Below are positions 25,583-35,852 of a DNA stretch of 64,000 nucleotides, piece after piece (the first letter of the stretch is position 1; each line of letters begins with the position of its first letter). The position numbers were made by a program, and so were the translations under genes. This stretch comes from Sarea resinae. Taxonomy: Eukaryota. The notes under the pieces are model-generated. The model saw nothing but the letters and a program-made list of their open reading frames with translations, was not told the origin of the DNA and ran no database searches. The DNA lies in assembly GCA_026026165.1 (NCBI GenBank), contig JAPEUD010000048.1, positions 62,001-126,000 of the forward strand, given 5' to 3'.

Positions 25583-26587
25583 AGCTGCAGGACGGATGTG
25601 AAAGTGAGAGAAGTGAACTCATGAGGTCGAGTGCAGAGGGCAGTATTGATACCTTGGACATCGGGCGATAGTCACGTATAGATGAATGCCCAGATGACGG
25701 GACAGCAGGATGAAAGCACTGCGACATATCGGCCAACTGTAAATGGCCAGTGAATTACTATAGCAACGAGTGCAGGATCAAACGTTGAATGTCAGCTGGT
25801 GACCCCTGAGAGGTGAATAGTTGCTTCTTCGGTGAACTGCTAGAGGCATATCTGCGGAATATCGGCTGAAAAGACCTAAAAGTGAATATTTCAATGCACA
25901 AAAAGAGTGCAAGTGAACACTGCGAAAGGGCGGCAATCTAAAAAACAATAGTGAATGCCCATATTGTGCACAACAGCCGTTTTTGCGCGATATTGACTGA
26001 AGTTCTATAGATTAGGAATAAGCAGATATGAAAGAACTACGACAGCTGCATTAGACATTCAACGAGACTGTAACTCTCATCGACAATGCCCAGCAATAAG
26101 TGCGACAACTCGGTCCAGATAATCTCTTAAGTGAATGGCTGCACAGGAGCAAGGAATACACATAGAACAAGGACGGGATATCGGCTGGCGATATCGAAAT
26201 AGTGAATCTGCACATGAGGAGAATCTCAAAGAGAAGACACGATTCGCAACTGCGCAAGATCGCTTGAACTATTGTAGACAGTGAATCCAGCATCAGAGAT
26301 GAGGGGTAACAGGAACCACCACGGAACATCGATGGAATGATTTTCAACTCGTGAATGTATAAGACTGTGGGGAGATATGAGAGCAATGAACGCGGAATGT
26401 CGGCTCATCACGCTCTGATAGTGAATGCTCATCTTATCTCATCTCATCTCATCTCAATCCAAGAGCAGCAAGCTGGAAAGTCTGCGGAACATCGGTTCAG
26501 AACACTCTATCAGTGAATTGCCCACAAGGCAAGAAATCATCGAGGATCTAATGTGGGATATCGGCTAAAGAGAACCGGTAGGTGAAT
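25583..26587. repeat. Array of ~14 bipartite units TGCGGAAYATCGG-N17-GTGAAT, ~69-70-bp period, with non-repetitive spacers
   Basis: Box B starts at 25613, 25682, 25750, 25813, 25882, 25951, 26014, 26131, 26202, 26281, 26351, 26421, 26513 and 26582. Each is preceded, 16-18 nt upstream, by a variant of box A. Confidence 0.9.
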
Positions 26588-26947
26588 GGCTAGATCAGAT
26601 TAGGACATGGAACAAATCTAGGTGTCTTCACCACAGGAAGGACATCGAATCAGTCTCGACATACCACAGACTACACCAAACACCACCTAAAACAGCAGCA
26701 CGGATCATGAAAAGTAATACTCAGCAACTAGAACCCCATGTATTACCACCACCTATATATACACATAACGACCCCCGCTTCTGCCTTAGGACGACGCAAA
26801 AGCCCAATACCTAATGTATACCCCCACAGCAATGGTTCCATCATCCCTGATGTCCCGGATTTCCCTTCCCTTTTATCTCCAGAAAACACAAGCGCCTTTG
26901 CAATTTGGCCAGAGAGACGTAGTGTGCCGTACTCGCATCGGCAAACA

Positions 26948-26994
26948 CAACCGCAACCGCAATCGCAACCGCAATCGCAATCGCATTCGCAATC
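26948..26994. repeat. (CAAYCG)n hexamer microsatellite
   Basis: Read directly; about 8 units just 3' of the microprotein stop codon. Confidence 0.85.
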
Positions 26995-27111
26995 CTAGCC
27001 AAGGGCCACGGGAATCATAGAACGAACGACGTATCGCAGGACCTTTAAACGCCCCGAAGTTGAGCCATGGAGGCAGACCAACTCATGTGATTGGCACCGG
27101 AGACGGTGATG

Positions 27112-27619
27112 CTAGAAGGGAATCGCATTGCTGACTTGGCCTCCCACGTCTACAGGCGCGCCCAACATCCTGCCGGTTGCGAAAAAGGTCAGCGACTGGA
27201 GACTGTCGAAACGCTAGACAGCCATAGATGGCAGTGACATATAGGCGATCAAGGATGCCCCTGTTGGCCAGAGAAGGGTGGACGAGAAGGGCGAGCTTAC
27301 TTTTTTCCCGTGTCCGAGATACAACACCCACAAAAGAGAGAGGCCGGCCAGCAGACAATCTGCCGATTCACCCCTATCGTCAGCAAATGTTCGCCTCTAT
27401 TCCCCACGGTCTCACTCAAAGCAGCAATCAGGATCAACATCATCGACCCAGCCAAGCCCAACCGTGCACCATCCAAAGAGAAAGAGAGGGGAGAAGACCT
27501 ACAGCAGCAGCAACAGTAACAACGAAGCCAATAGTAGGCCCGACGACCTTACAATGGCACGGATTCTGATCGGTACCGCACTGGAAGCAAATGAGCGGGA
27601 AGGGAATCGGCAGACTCAT
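27112..27619 (-). CDS. 77-aa Cys-rich membrane microprotein (3 exons), absent from the ORF track
   Basis: Exons 27619-27503, 27359-27301 and 27169-27112. Introns GTAGGT..GCTGAC..CAG and GTAAGC..GCTGAC..CAG. Product MSLPIPFPLICFQCGTDQNPCHCKVVGPTIGFVVTVAAAIVCWPASLFCGCCISDTGKKMLGAPVDVGGQVSNAIPF*. Confidence 0.85.
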
Positions 27620-28411
27620 TTCGGCGGAGATATCTGAAATTGATCGTCACGTTGCCAGCAAGAAAGACGGAAACAATGGAATTGATAGGTAATCAGTAGA
27701 GAGATGAGGATCGGGAGAATAGGAGAAGGAGTTGGAGACGGGGGAGATACGATGCACAACACAGCCTCACGCGCAATGGGTGGTGGTGGAGTTAATCGAT
27801 CGGAAGTCGATCAGGCTTGTTTTGCTGAATTGGGATCGTCATTGGTTACATAAGTCGAGGTACTTCCAAGCTAGATCTCAGCCTCGGATGACGTAAGGTG
27901 CCGCGCTCTCGTCCTGTCCCTACTGCGGACCGCTTGAAACCCGGTTGGGGACTAGCTCCGCCTCCGCTAGAGATGGATAAGGGGAAACGAGATCCAAGAA
28001 TAAAGATATCCCTTGCTTTCCAAAAGGCTTAAGTCAACCACCATCGTCTTAATTACCCGTGGTGACTAGTCGATATTTCCATTCCACCATCTATTGATCC
28101 GATAAATAACCCAAATACTCTTACATCCAGATCTTTCCACGTCAAGACATATGCGAGAGAGGTATTTATACAACAGGTAAGGAGTCAGGCAGATAGAGAC
28201 AGATAGATGGACGGACATCGAAACAGCCGGTGAGGCTGGCAAGGAAGAAAGCATACGAAGACGCAAGCAAACAGCTAGCAGTTGGCAGTCAGCCCCAATA
28301 CACAGCTCCCGTTTGATCCAATAGAGCGGTACTGTATTCTCCTCCTATCATCCCCTTGTTCTGATTCCCCTCTTCTTCTCTTCCCATCTCGAGACCATAG
28401 TTGTCGCATGA

Positions 28412-31400
28412 TCATCCAACGTCCACCCGTTTCGCTTCCCTTTGCGGCGTCTCAGCGCCACCTAAGCCCGTCTCATCAATCGCCCTCTTTACCCCTGCCA
28501 CAGTGTTTGATACAGAAGACGAGATAGGAGCCGGAGAGGCGGAGGCCGAAGGGGCCGCTGCAGGAGCAGGCGTGTGAGTGGGGGGCGGCGGAGGAACAAG
28601 CTGCGGATGCTGCTGCTTCTCTTGACTTGCCGCGTCCACGGCTTGAGACGGGGTGGTGTTGCCGTTAGTCGTAGCCGTTGAAGAGGTTTGGGCGACTGCA
28701 ATGGCGGGGGACGTCGACCTATAAGTAGACGGTGGTCCCAGACCGGAAGCCGCGTTGGTCTCTATGGCTGAGTGGGAGTTGGGCGGAGGCGTGGACATGG
28801 CGGTCTGCGCCGTGGTCGTTGCCGGAGACGCCGCTGCCTGTGGTGGCACAGAACCACCATCAGCCGACCGCGGAGGCGCAGGGCTGCCTTCACTACCATG
28901 TCGCGTTTGTATTTGAGGTTGGCCCGACTGAGAAGGCGGCGCTCTTGGGGATTGAGATTGAGACTGGGAGGGTGGGGCTTGGGTATGCTGTTGTTGGGCA
29001 GCCCCAGAGGATGTGCGTCGGCCAATCTGCTGGAGCATCTGAAAGAGCTGCGCTTGTGCAGCGTGCTGAGTAGATGGAGGAGCTCTAATGGGTGTCTGCT
29101 GTTGCTGTGATGTCGGCTGTGCATGTTGTTGTTGTTGTTGTTGCTGTTGCTGTTGCTGTTGCTGCTGCGGTGGAGGAGTAGGTCGAGGGGGTGCTTGGTG
29201 ATGTTGTGGTTGCTGTGGTAGCGGCGGAGGAAGTGGAGGCGGAGGTCGATGTTGTTGATGTTGTTGCTGGGGGTGCGGATGCGGATGCGGATGCTGCTGT
29301 GGCGGACGTGCCGCAGCTAGACCCTCGGCCTTTTTTCCCATAGTCCCAAGCATACCAGCTAGTGCCTTCATGATAGCAGCCTCCTGGGGGTCTTCTTTGC
29401 CCGGAACGCTAGACTTTTCTTGCAAACCCAAGGTGCGATTGATGGCCGAGGTGACGATGATTTCGCCACGAACCTTGTCGTTCATCTGACTGATCAGAGC
29501 GGTTTTGAATTTGCCTACAGCTTGCAAGACATCTTCGTTCACCTTCGGACGATGTTGAGTGCTTGGCGGAGACATGTGCTGGGAAGGGCTCGGTCGATGC
29601 TGTTGGGTTGGAGGTCGGGGGGAGGCAGTGTGAGGAGGAGAGTATACGGGTGCTTGAGGCCTTCCTGTATTTGCGTAATAGCCGTTAGATCCATTATGCG
29701 GTGACGGGTGGGGTGGTGAGTGTTGTGCGTTAGCTTGTGGCTGCGGCTGCGGTTGCGGCTGCGATTGCATTTGGGGTTGTGGTTGTGGGTTCGGTGATTG
29801 TTGTGGTTGCTGAGGCTGTTGAGGTTGCTGCTGTTGAGGAGGTCGCTGTGCATATGGTGACGCATAAGGTGAAGTGTAAGTGCTCTGATTGTTGAGCTGA
29901 GGATTTGCCGGTGGCAAGGGAGCTGCAGGCAGGACCGCGGCTGGAGTCGTCATAGGGAGCTGAGGCGCTGCAGCTGGCATCATGCCAGGAGGGAGACCTT
30001 GTGGTGGGTTCATATTCCCATACATTGGGAGATGGCCCATAGGATGGTGCATTGGAGGCTGCATCATCCCAGGTTGCTGATGAAGATAATGATGCGGTGG
30101 CGGCGGAGGCGGCGACATCTTCCTTTTCTTCTCCTTTTCAATCGACACACCCGGAACAAGGCCCCACAGCCAACCCTTGCCATCTCGCTCGACCTTTTCG
30201 AATGCATGATGTTGTGAGAGATTATGCCGAACGCTGCTCTGCCAACCTGTGGTTTGGACGCGCAGCTTGAAGAAAGGATATCTCCTCTCAATAGCCCGGT
30301 AGATTTGCGGTAGTGACATTGGTCCAACCTTGGAATTCGAGAGAGCTTCGTGGATCAAGATAACATAGGATGCCTGAGGCTTCGCCAATTCCTCAGCGGT
30401 CAATTTCGACTCGTCGAAAACGGGCGAAGGTGAGCGAGGCGGTTTTGGCGGTTTGGGAGGTTTCTTCTCTTTTGGAGGTGCGCTCTCCCTCGGTTCTTCC
30501 ATAGGTGGTTGATCGAAGGTTCTCTGTTCCTCCATGGGCGGCATCTGCTCCAATCCTTTTCTTTTGGTGTATTTCCTTTTCTCCGGTTTGGGGGCGGTGG
30601 GCGATTCGGCAACAAGGCCGGCTTCGGAATCCTTTCGGGGACGGCCAGTCTTGCCTCTCGCAGCAGTGGGAGACTCCGGTTCTTCTTTCTGCACGGTCTT
30701 CTGAGCTGCTCGCTTTGCTTCTCTTTCTCGCTGCTTTTGTTCCCTCTTGGACATGATTCCATTCTTAGGTGGCCGGCCGGGTCCTTTTCGCTTTACTGGC
30801 TGCGTCTCTGGCAAAGGCTGAGAATTCTCTTCACCTTCTTCTTCCTCGCCTTGGTCTGCTTCGTCATCATCCTCGCCCTCTTCGCCCTCTCCCTCTTCCG
30901 GCTCCTCATCCTCTTCGGCTTTCGCTGGGGTTTCTTCATTACTGCGTTCCACATCACTTCCATCCTCGCTACTGTAGTCTGAAGCGATGTTCTCCCCACG
31001 CGCGTTTTCGAACTCAAAGCTCATTTTGCCTCCATGAGCGGGATCAGGCCCCTCTGCATCTTCAGCTCCAGTCTCGCCTAATGCGACATCCGGTAGCACG
31101 AATCGTACACCTACGCCGCCAATTTGGATGTAGCTGCCGCTTCGCAGGGGCTGGGTTTCTCCGGGGGCGTGCCATTCATCATCGACAAAAGCGCCGTTCT
31201 TGCCTCTGATCTCGACCTCGAAAAGATGCTTGTCAAAGTTGAAGGCGATCTTGACGTGTTTGCGAGAGATGCCCTTGTGTCCGGCTGCGCTTCCGGCCGC
31301 ATTCGCAGGAGGGTGGATGGGAATTAGAGGGCACTCATCCGGAGATGGCAGGAGGGAAAGAGGATCGACGGGGTGTGCACCGGCTGTGCTATCTGATATT

Positions 31401-32578
31401 GACTGCATGGCCAGAGACTGATAGTCCGTCTCTACGTTTGGAGCGACGGCCGAGTTCTTCCGCGATAGGTATTGAGAGGATGAGCTTGTAGATTTAGACT
31501 TCTTGCTCTTTCTCTTTCTTTTCGTTTCTTTGTCTTGCATATCCATTCCCATGATTCCGCCGCTCTCGCTGACGACGCTTCCCGGCACGCGACTCTCTTC
31601 ACGTTTAACCCTGACGGGGGTCTGAGGAATTTCACCAACGCTCGAGCTTTGCCTTTTGACCTTGGTGTCGGGCTGTTGGCTTGTCTCCAGCTCTTTCTGG
31701 AACGCCAGCCTCGCAGCCCTGATGTCGCGACCAAGCTCAACCGAATAGGTATTCATGTAGAATTGTCCATCGTCGAATTCAAGCTTCGCAAATGCCTGAA
31801 TACGCGGGGCCTCTGACTCGTGCACTGTTGGAGCGGGCTGGAGGAAAGGGGGGTCGATGCGCATGGCGTCGCTGGGGGTGACTGGCACAGAAGGTGTACC
31901 CTCAAGTCCCCTGGAATGAGAGCCATTTTCGACGTAATCCTGAGGCTGGAAAGAGAAATCGGGAGTTGGTACGCGATAATCGACGGGTTGCTGGTTTGCG
32001 GCTACGATGCTATCGAGCGCATTACGGTGTTCAACCAGGGACGCATTGATGCCATCCGTTATCAGCTCGGGAGCATTGAGTAGTTGGCCGTCGTCATCCT
32101 CAGTTTTCAGCACCGGAAGCTGCGCTGAATCCTTGATCTCATCCGAAAACTCTGCCAGTGATGGATCTGCCTGAGGATTCTGGTGTTCGGGTTGCGAGGT
32201 GACGTTGGCGTCAATGCCTCCACCCTCGGCGTGGTTCCCTAAATCCGGTGCAGCTATCGGATCATCGAGCTTCATCTCGGCAAGCGCATCTACGTCCGCA
32301 ACAGGCTGGTGATGAGCTTCACGTAGATTCTCCAAGTCGTGCGCGTCATCAGTCGAGCCGCCGGCAGCATGCACGCCGACGTTGTCTCGGTCGGTGGTGA
32401 TCGCATCCATTGCTATGACGGGGCCAGCATGGTCTTCGCCTTCGCGTTGGGATGATACTTCCGTCGGCCGGTGCTCGTCGCCCATTTGACCAGTAGCGGG
32501 ATGGCGAAGCGCGGATGCTGCATGCCCAACTGGTGATGATCTCTGGTCGAGGACTTCTTGAGCTGCACCAGGATGCAT
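28412..32578 (-). CDS. FHL1: FHA plus forkhead transcription factor, Fhl1-like (intronless; start approximate)
   Basis: FHA: AFAKLEFDDG..VELGRD..GISRKHVKIAFNF..GKNGAFVD. Forkhead: KPQASYVILIHEAL..LPQIYRAIERRYPFF..GWQSSVRHNLS. AT-hook-like GPGRPPK and GRPRK; P/Q-rich tail. Confidence 0.88.
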   Translation of the reverse strand: MHPGAAQEVLDQRSSPVGHAASALRHPATGQMGDEHRPTEVSSQREGEDHAGPVIAMDAITTDRDNVGVHAAGGSTDDAHDLENLREAHHQPVADVDALAEMKLDDPIAAPDLGNHAEGGGIDANVTSQPEHQNPQADPSLAEFSDEIKDSAQLPVLKTEDDDGQLLNAPELITDGINASLVEHRNALDSIVAANQQPVDYRVPTPDFSFQPQDYVENGSHSRGLEGTPSVPVTPSDAMRIDPPFLQPAPTVHESEAPRIQAFAKLEFDDGQFYMNTYSVELGRDIRAARLAFQKELETSQQPDTKVKRQSSSVGEIPQTPVRVKREESRVPGSVVSESGGIMGMDMQDKETKRKRKSKKSKSTSSSSQYLSRKNSAVAPNVETDYQSLAMQSISDSTAGAHPVDPLSLLPSPDECPLIPIHPPANAAGSAAGHKGISRKHVKIAFNFDKHLFEVEIRGKNGAFVDDEWHAPGETQPLRSGSYIQIGGVGVRFVLPDVALGETGAEDAEGPDPAHGGKMSFEFENARGENIASDYSSEDGSDVERSNEETPAKAEEDEEPEEGEGEEGEDDDEADQGEEEEGEENSQPLPETQPVKRKGPGRPPKNGIMSKREQKQREREAKRAAQKTVQKEEPESPTAARGKTGRPRKDSEAGLVAESPTAPKPEKRKYTKRKGLEQMPPMEEQRTFDQPPMEEPRESAPPKEKKPPKPPKPPRSPSPVFDESKLTAEELAKPQASYVILIHEALSNSKVGPMSLPQIYRAIERRYPFFKLRVQTTGWQSSVRHNLSQHHAFEKVERDGKGWLWGLVPGVSIEKEKKRKMSPPPPPPHHYLHQQPGMMQPPMHHPMGHLPMYGNMNPPQGLPPGMMPAAAPQLPMTTPAAVLPAAPLPPANPQLNNQSTYTSPYASPYAQRPPQQQQPQQPQQPQQSPNPQPQPQMQSQPQPQPQPQANAQHSPPHPSPHNGSNGYYANTGRPQAPVYSPPHTASPRPPTQQHRPSPSQHMSPPSTQHRPKVNEDVLQAVGKFKTALISQMNDKVRGEIIVTSAINRTLGLQEKSSVPGKEDPQEAAIMKALAGMLGTMGKKAEGLAAARPPQQHPHPHPHPQQQHQQHRPPPPLPPPLPQQPQHHQAPPRPTPPPQQQQQQQQQQQQQQHAQPTSQQQQTPIRAPPSTQHAAQAQLFQMLQQIGRRTSSGAAQQQHTQAPPSQSQSQSPRAPPSQSGQPQIQTRHGSEGSPAPPRSADGGSVPPQAAASPATTTAQTAMSTPPPNSHSAIETNAASGLGPPSTYRSTSPAIAVAQTSSTATTNGNTTPSQAVDAASQEKQQHPQLVPPPPPTHTPAPAAAPSASASPAPISSSVSNTVAGVKRAIDETGLGGAETPQREAKRVDVG

Positions 32579-32921
32579 CCAGCGGCAAAGCCGATTATCA
32601 GAGGTCGTGAAGTCGAGTCGGCGTGTCGTGCTGGGCGGTGAGGTGAGATGAAGGTGAGGGAGGGCCGCCGGAATCATTCACTTTGGGCCTGGATGGGCCA
32701 CCGAACGAAATCTTGGCATCGACCAGACTGTCCGGGTCCGGGTACCATCCGCAAATGCCGAATGAGGTCAAGCGCCAACTCTCCTCAAGCCACCTTTTAC
32801 GGAGTACGAAAGCGCTGCTACTCGATGCCAATATCATTGACGGATCACATACACATACACATACATATGCATACCTTCGTAGCCGTAGAGCCACGCCCAG
32901 AGAGGAGAAGAAGAGAAGAGA

Positions 32922-34311
32922 ATGGCGCCCAAAAAGAAGAACACAGGCAACAACAGCACATCAGACAAAGCCAGCAGAGCCGCCCCACAGGCCGTGACCC
33001 CCTCCTGGCCGCCCCTGACCCCTCTGCTCCCGTCCATGGACTTGAGCCTGACCACCGTGCTGCCTGACCAGATCCTCACGATCCCCTCTCTCTTCACCTC
33101 CACCCTCTGCAAGACTTACGTATCCTTTCTCTCCTCGCTGCCGTTCATCACCACGCCGGCGAGACCCAAAAAGGGAGACGCCGTGCGTGTCAACGACCGC
33201 TTTCAGATCGACGATCCCGTCTTTGCAGAGCGGTTATGGCGCGAGACGGGGCTGAAGGATCTTATCGTCGGTGGGTCCGCGGAAGGTCTCGATGGTGGTC
33301 GTGATGGCCACGGGGACGAGGCAGAGGGGGGAGAGATGTCGGCACAAGAGCGACGCGACCTCTGGGGTGGAGAGGTGGTGGGGTTGAATCCGAATATCAG
33401 GATCTATCGCTATAGAAAGGGCCAGTTCTTCGCACAGCACTGTAAGCGGCCTCATGATTCTGTTACCACTCCCTTTATCATCTCTCTTTGTTCAGTTGTC
33501 TGGTTTATATTCCTCGGACGTTATTTCTATCATGTTTTGTTCTTCCTCTCGGCTTTTGGATTCAACTTTGAACTATTTCCTTGTAAATCTTCGATATCGC
33601 AATTTCCCAAATGCACACATCATCAACCCGCTTTGCAACCATAACAAATCCCCCTCTCCCAAAAGCCACCCCAAACCCATTTCCATCTCCACGCCATCTT
33701 CCCAGCTCCTACCCCCCCTCATTGAATTCACCCCCGCCAATAAATCTAAACATGCCCACTGCCTCATACCCCACAACCCCGACCCAGCAAACCCCTCCAC
33801 CCAAAAAAGAGATCCAAACCACCCAATCTAACATCCTCTCCTTTCCCCCAATCCCCCAGACGACGACAGCAACACGCTCGAGCACAGCACCGTCGCCCCC
33901 ACCTCCGCACCCCCAACCACACCCTCATCCGCGCCCTGCGGCACGCCAGCCAAGACGACATGGACACTGCTGATCTACCTGACATCGCCTTCGACGGGCT
34001 GCGAGGGCGGGGAAACGGTCTTCTACCTCGACGACGATGCTGCCGCGTCTCTCGCGCCGGCGGCCAAGCAGAAGAAGAAGATGAAGGCAGTGGACGTCAA
34101 GAAGAAGGAAGAAGGCGGGGGTGGGGGTGGCGGAGGAGGTGGTGGAAGACGAGAAGAAGAAGAAAGAGGAGCAGGCCCTATCGTGGTGGGTTTGGAGACA
34201 GGCATGGCGCTGCTGCATCGCCACGGTCGAGACTGTCTGCTGCATGAGGGCCGCGAGGTGCGGGAGGGAGAGAAGTGGGTGCTGAGGAGCGATCTGTGCG
34301 TGAAGCGGTAG
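32922..34311 (+). CDS. 2-oxoglutarate/Fe(II)-dependent oxygenase (prolyl-4-hydroxylase-like)
   Basis: Removing intron 33442-33859 gives GLNPNIRIYRYRKGQFFAQHYDDSN (HxD), TTWTLLIYL..GGETVFY and CLLHEGREV..KWVLRSDL (distal His, 2OG-binding Lys/Arg). Confidence 0.9.
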
Positions 34312-34642
34312 GGGTGGTAGGGGAGAGGAGCGTAGGGTCAGCGCTGGAGATCTGGGCGGTGAGAGGGGATTGGTCGATTCAATCAAGCATGGGGTCATTT
34401 TTTTCGATATGTCGGCTTTTCTCGTGGTAGGTCGCAAGCGACTGGGCGTATGGGAGATTATTGAATGGAATGGAGCGGACCGGAAGAAAATGATGCATGG
34501 AATTTATTGTAATGAGAGACTGAAGAAAGCGCAAGAGAAATTGTGACGAACATGTTTGTTTGATTGATTGAGCGCTATCGCCAATATATCGCCGTCCCTA
34601 AAATCCACTGAAAAACACTTGGACCGACAGAAAGCAAGAGAT

Positions 34643-35702
34643 CTATAACCTTGACGCTCCGGCCCCACCGCCACCACCGAAGCCAACTAAACATCCCCCA
34701 TCCACGGGCACAGTAGCCCCGTTAATATACGCGCCTGCTCGACTACTCAACCACAAGCAGCATCCAACCACGTCCTCTGGGGTGCCGATCCTGCCCAGCG
34801 GAATGGTGGCCTCGATTTGGTCGCGGAAATTCTCCAACGTCTTCGCCATCATCTTACTCTGGAAGGGCCCACACGCCAGCGTGTTGACGGTGATGTTACG
34901 GGCACCGAGGTGGTGAGCCAGCACGCGGGAGAGGTGGTGCAGGGCTGCTTTGCTAGCGCTGTAGGCGTAGGTTTCGAGCTCCGGGACGCGCAGGCCGTCG
35001 ATGCTGCCAATGTTGATGATGCGTCCGGGACCTGTATTGGTGGACGATGGAGGGGACGTTGAGGCTTCGAGGAGAGGCACGAGAGCTTGGGTTAGGGTGA
35101 AGACGCGCTGGAGATTAAGGGTTAGGACACGGGTCCAGGCCGAGTCGGGGTAGCTTTCTAGAGTGGCTCCCCAATTGGAGCCGGCATTGTTGATGAGAAC
35201 ATCCAGTTCTGTGTGCGCGAATATGTCAGTCATGTTTCTTTGTAGACATCGACACCAATGATCGACCGCTCCACATTCAAATTGCAGAGATGGCGTTTAC
35301 AATTGTGAAACAGAGCCAAGTCAAACGAAATAGTACGCGATAAACTGACTCTTTTCCCTCTTTCCAAATTCATCAGCAAGCCTCTTACACTCTTCCTCCT
35401 TGTACAGATCCGCCGGTATGGCAACCGCGGTCCCCTTGCCTAAACCATTCAGCTCTTCGACGGCTTTAGCGCAGGCTGGAGCATCGCGAGATGAAATATA
35501 GACTTTGGCGCCATTGCGGACGAAGCCTTCGGAGATCATACGTCCAATGCCTTTGGCCCCGCCAGTGATAAGGATGACCTTGCTCTGTGAAGCTTTATTA
35601 GCCGCCTTATACGGGAGTTACCTGGACTGCGCGGGGCGAGGCAGTTGGAAACAATAGAGAGGAATGCCTTGCCTGTACAGCGAAAAGACTGGCAATATCC
35701 AT
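34643..35702 (-). CDS. Short-chain dehydrogenase/reductase (RhlG-like 3-oxoacyl reductase family) with PTS1
   Basis: Exons 35702-35673, 35584-35350 and 35208-34643. Motifs TGGAKGIG, LINNAG, NIGS and YSASK; C-terminal -SRL. Confidence 0.92.
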
Positions 35703-35846
35703 TTTACCCGTTAGATTGTCACAATTCTAAGGGGAGAGTGATGTTTTTACGTTTTGAAATATCAAAGCAATATTCAATCCATTGTTTGAGTGATGGACGT
35801 GCCATGAAAGGCATGACGTTCACGGGTGCCGCTTAAAATGAAGATG

Positions 35847-35852
35847 CCGAGG
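35847..35852. promoter_or_regulatory. Candidate FarA/FarB (CTF1) fatty-acid response site CCGAGG
   Basis: Exact hexamer 145 bp upstream of the SDR ATG. The motif is short, so it could occur by chance. Confidence 0.45.

Noticed and set aside
25583..26587. Array as a true CRISPR, a coding repeat or a microexon series
   Set aside because: No cas genes are present and the repeats are short, split and degenerate. Periods of 68, 70, 71 and 79 break frame. I found no consistent donor/branch/acceptor sets on either strand.
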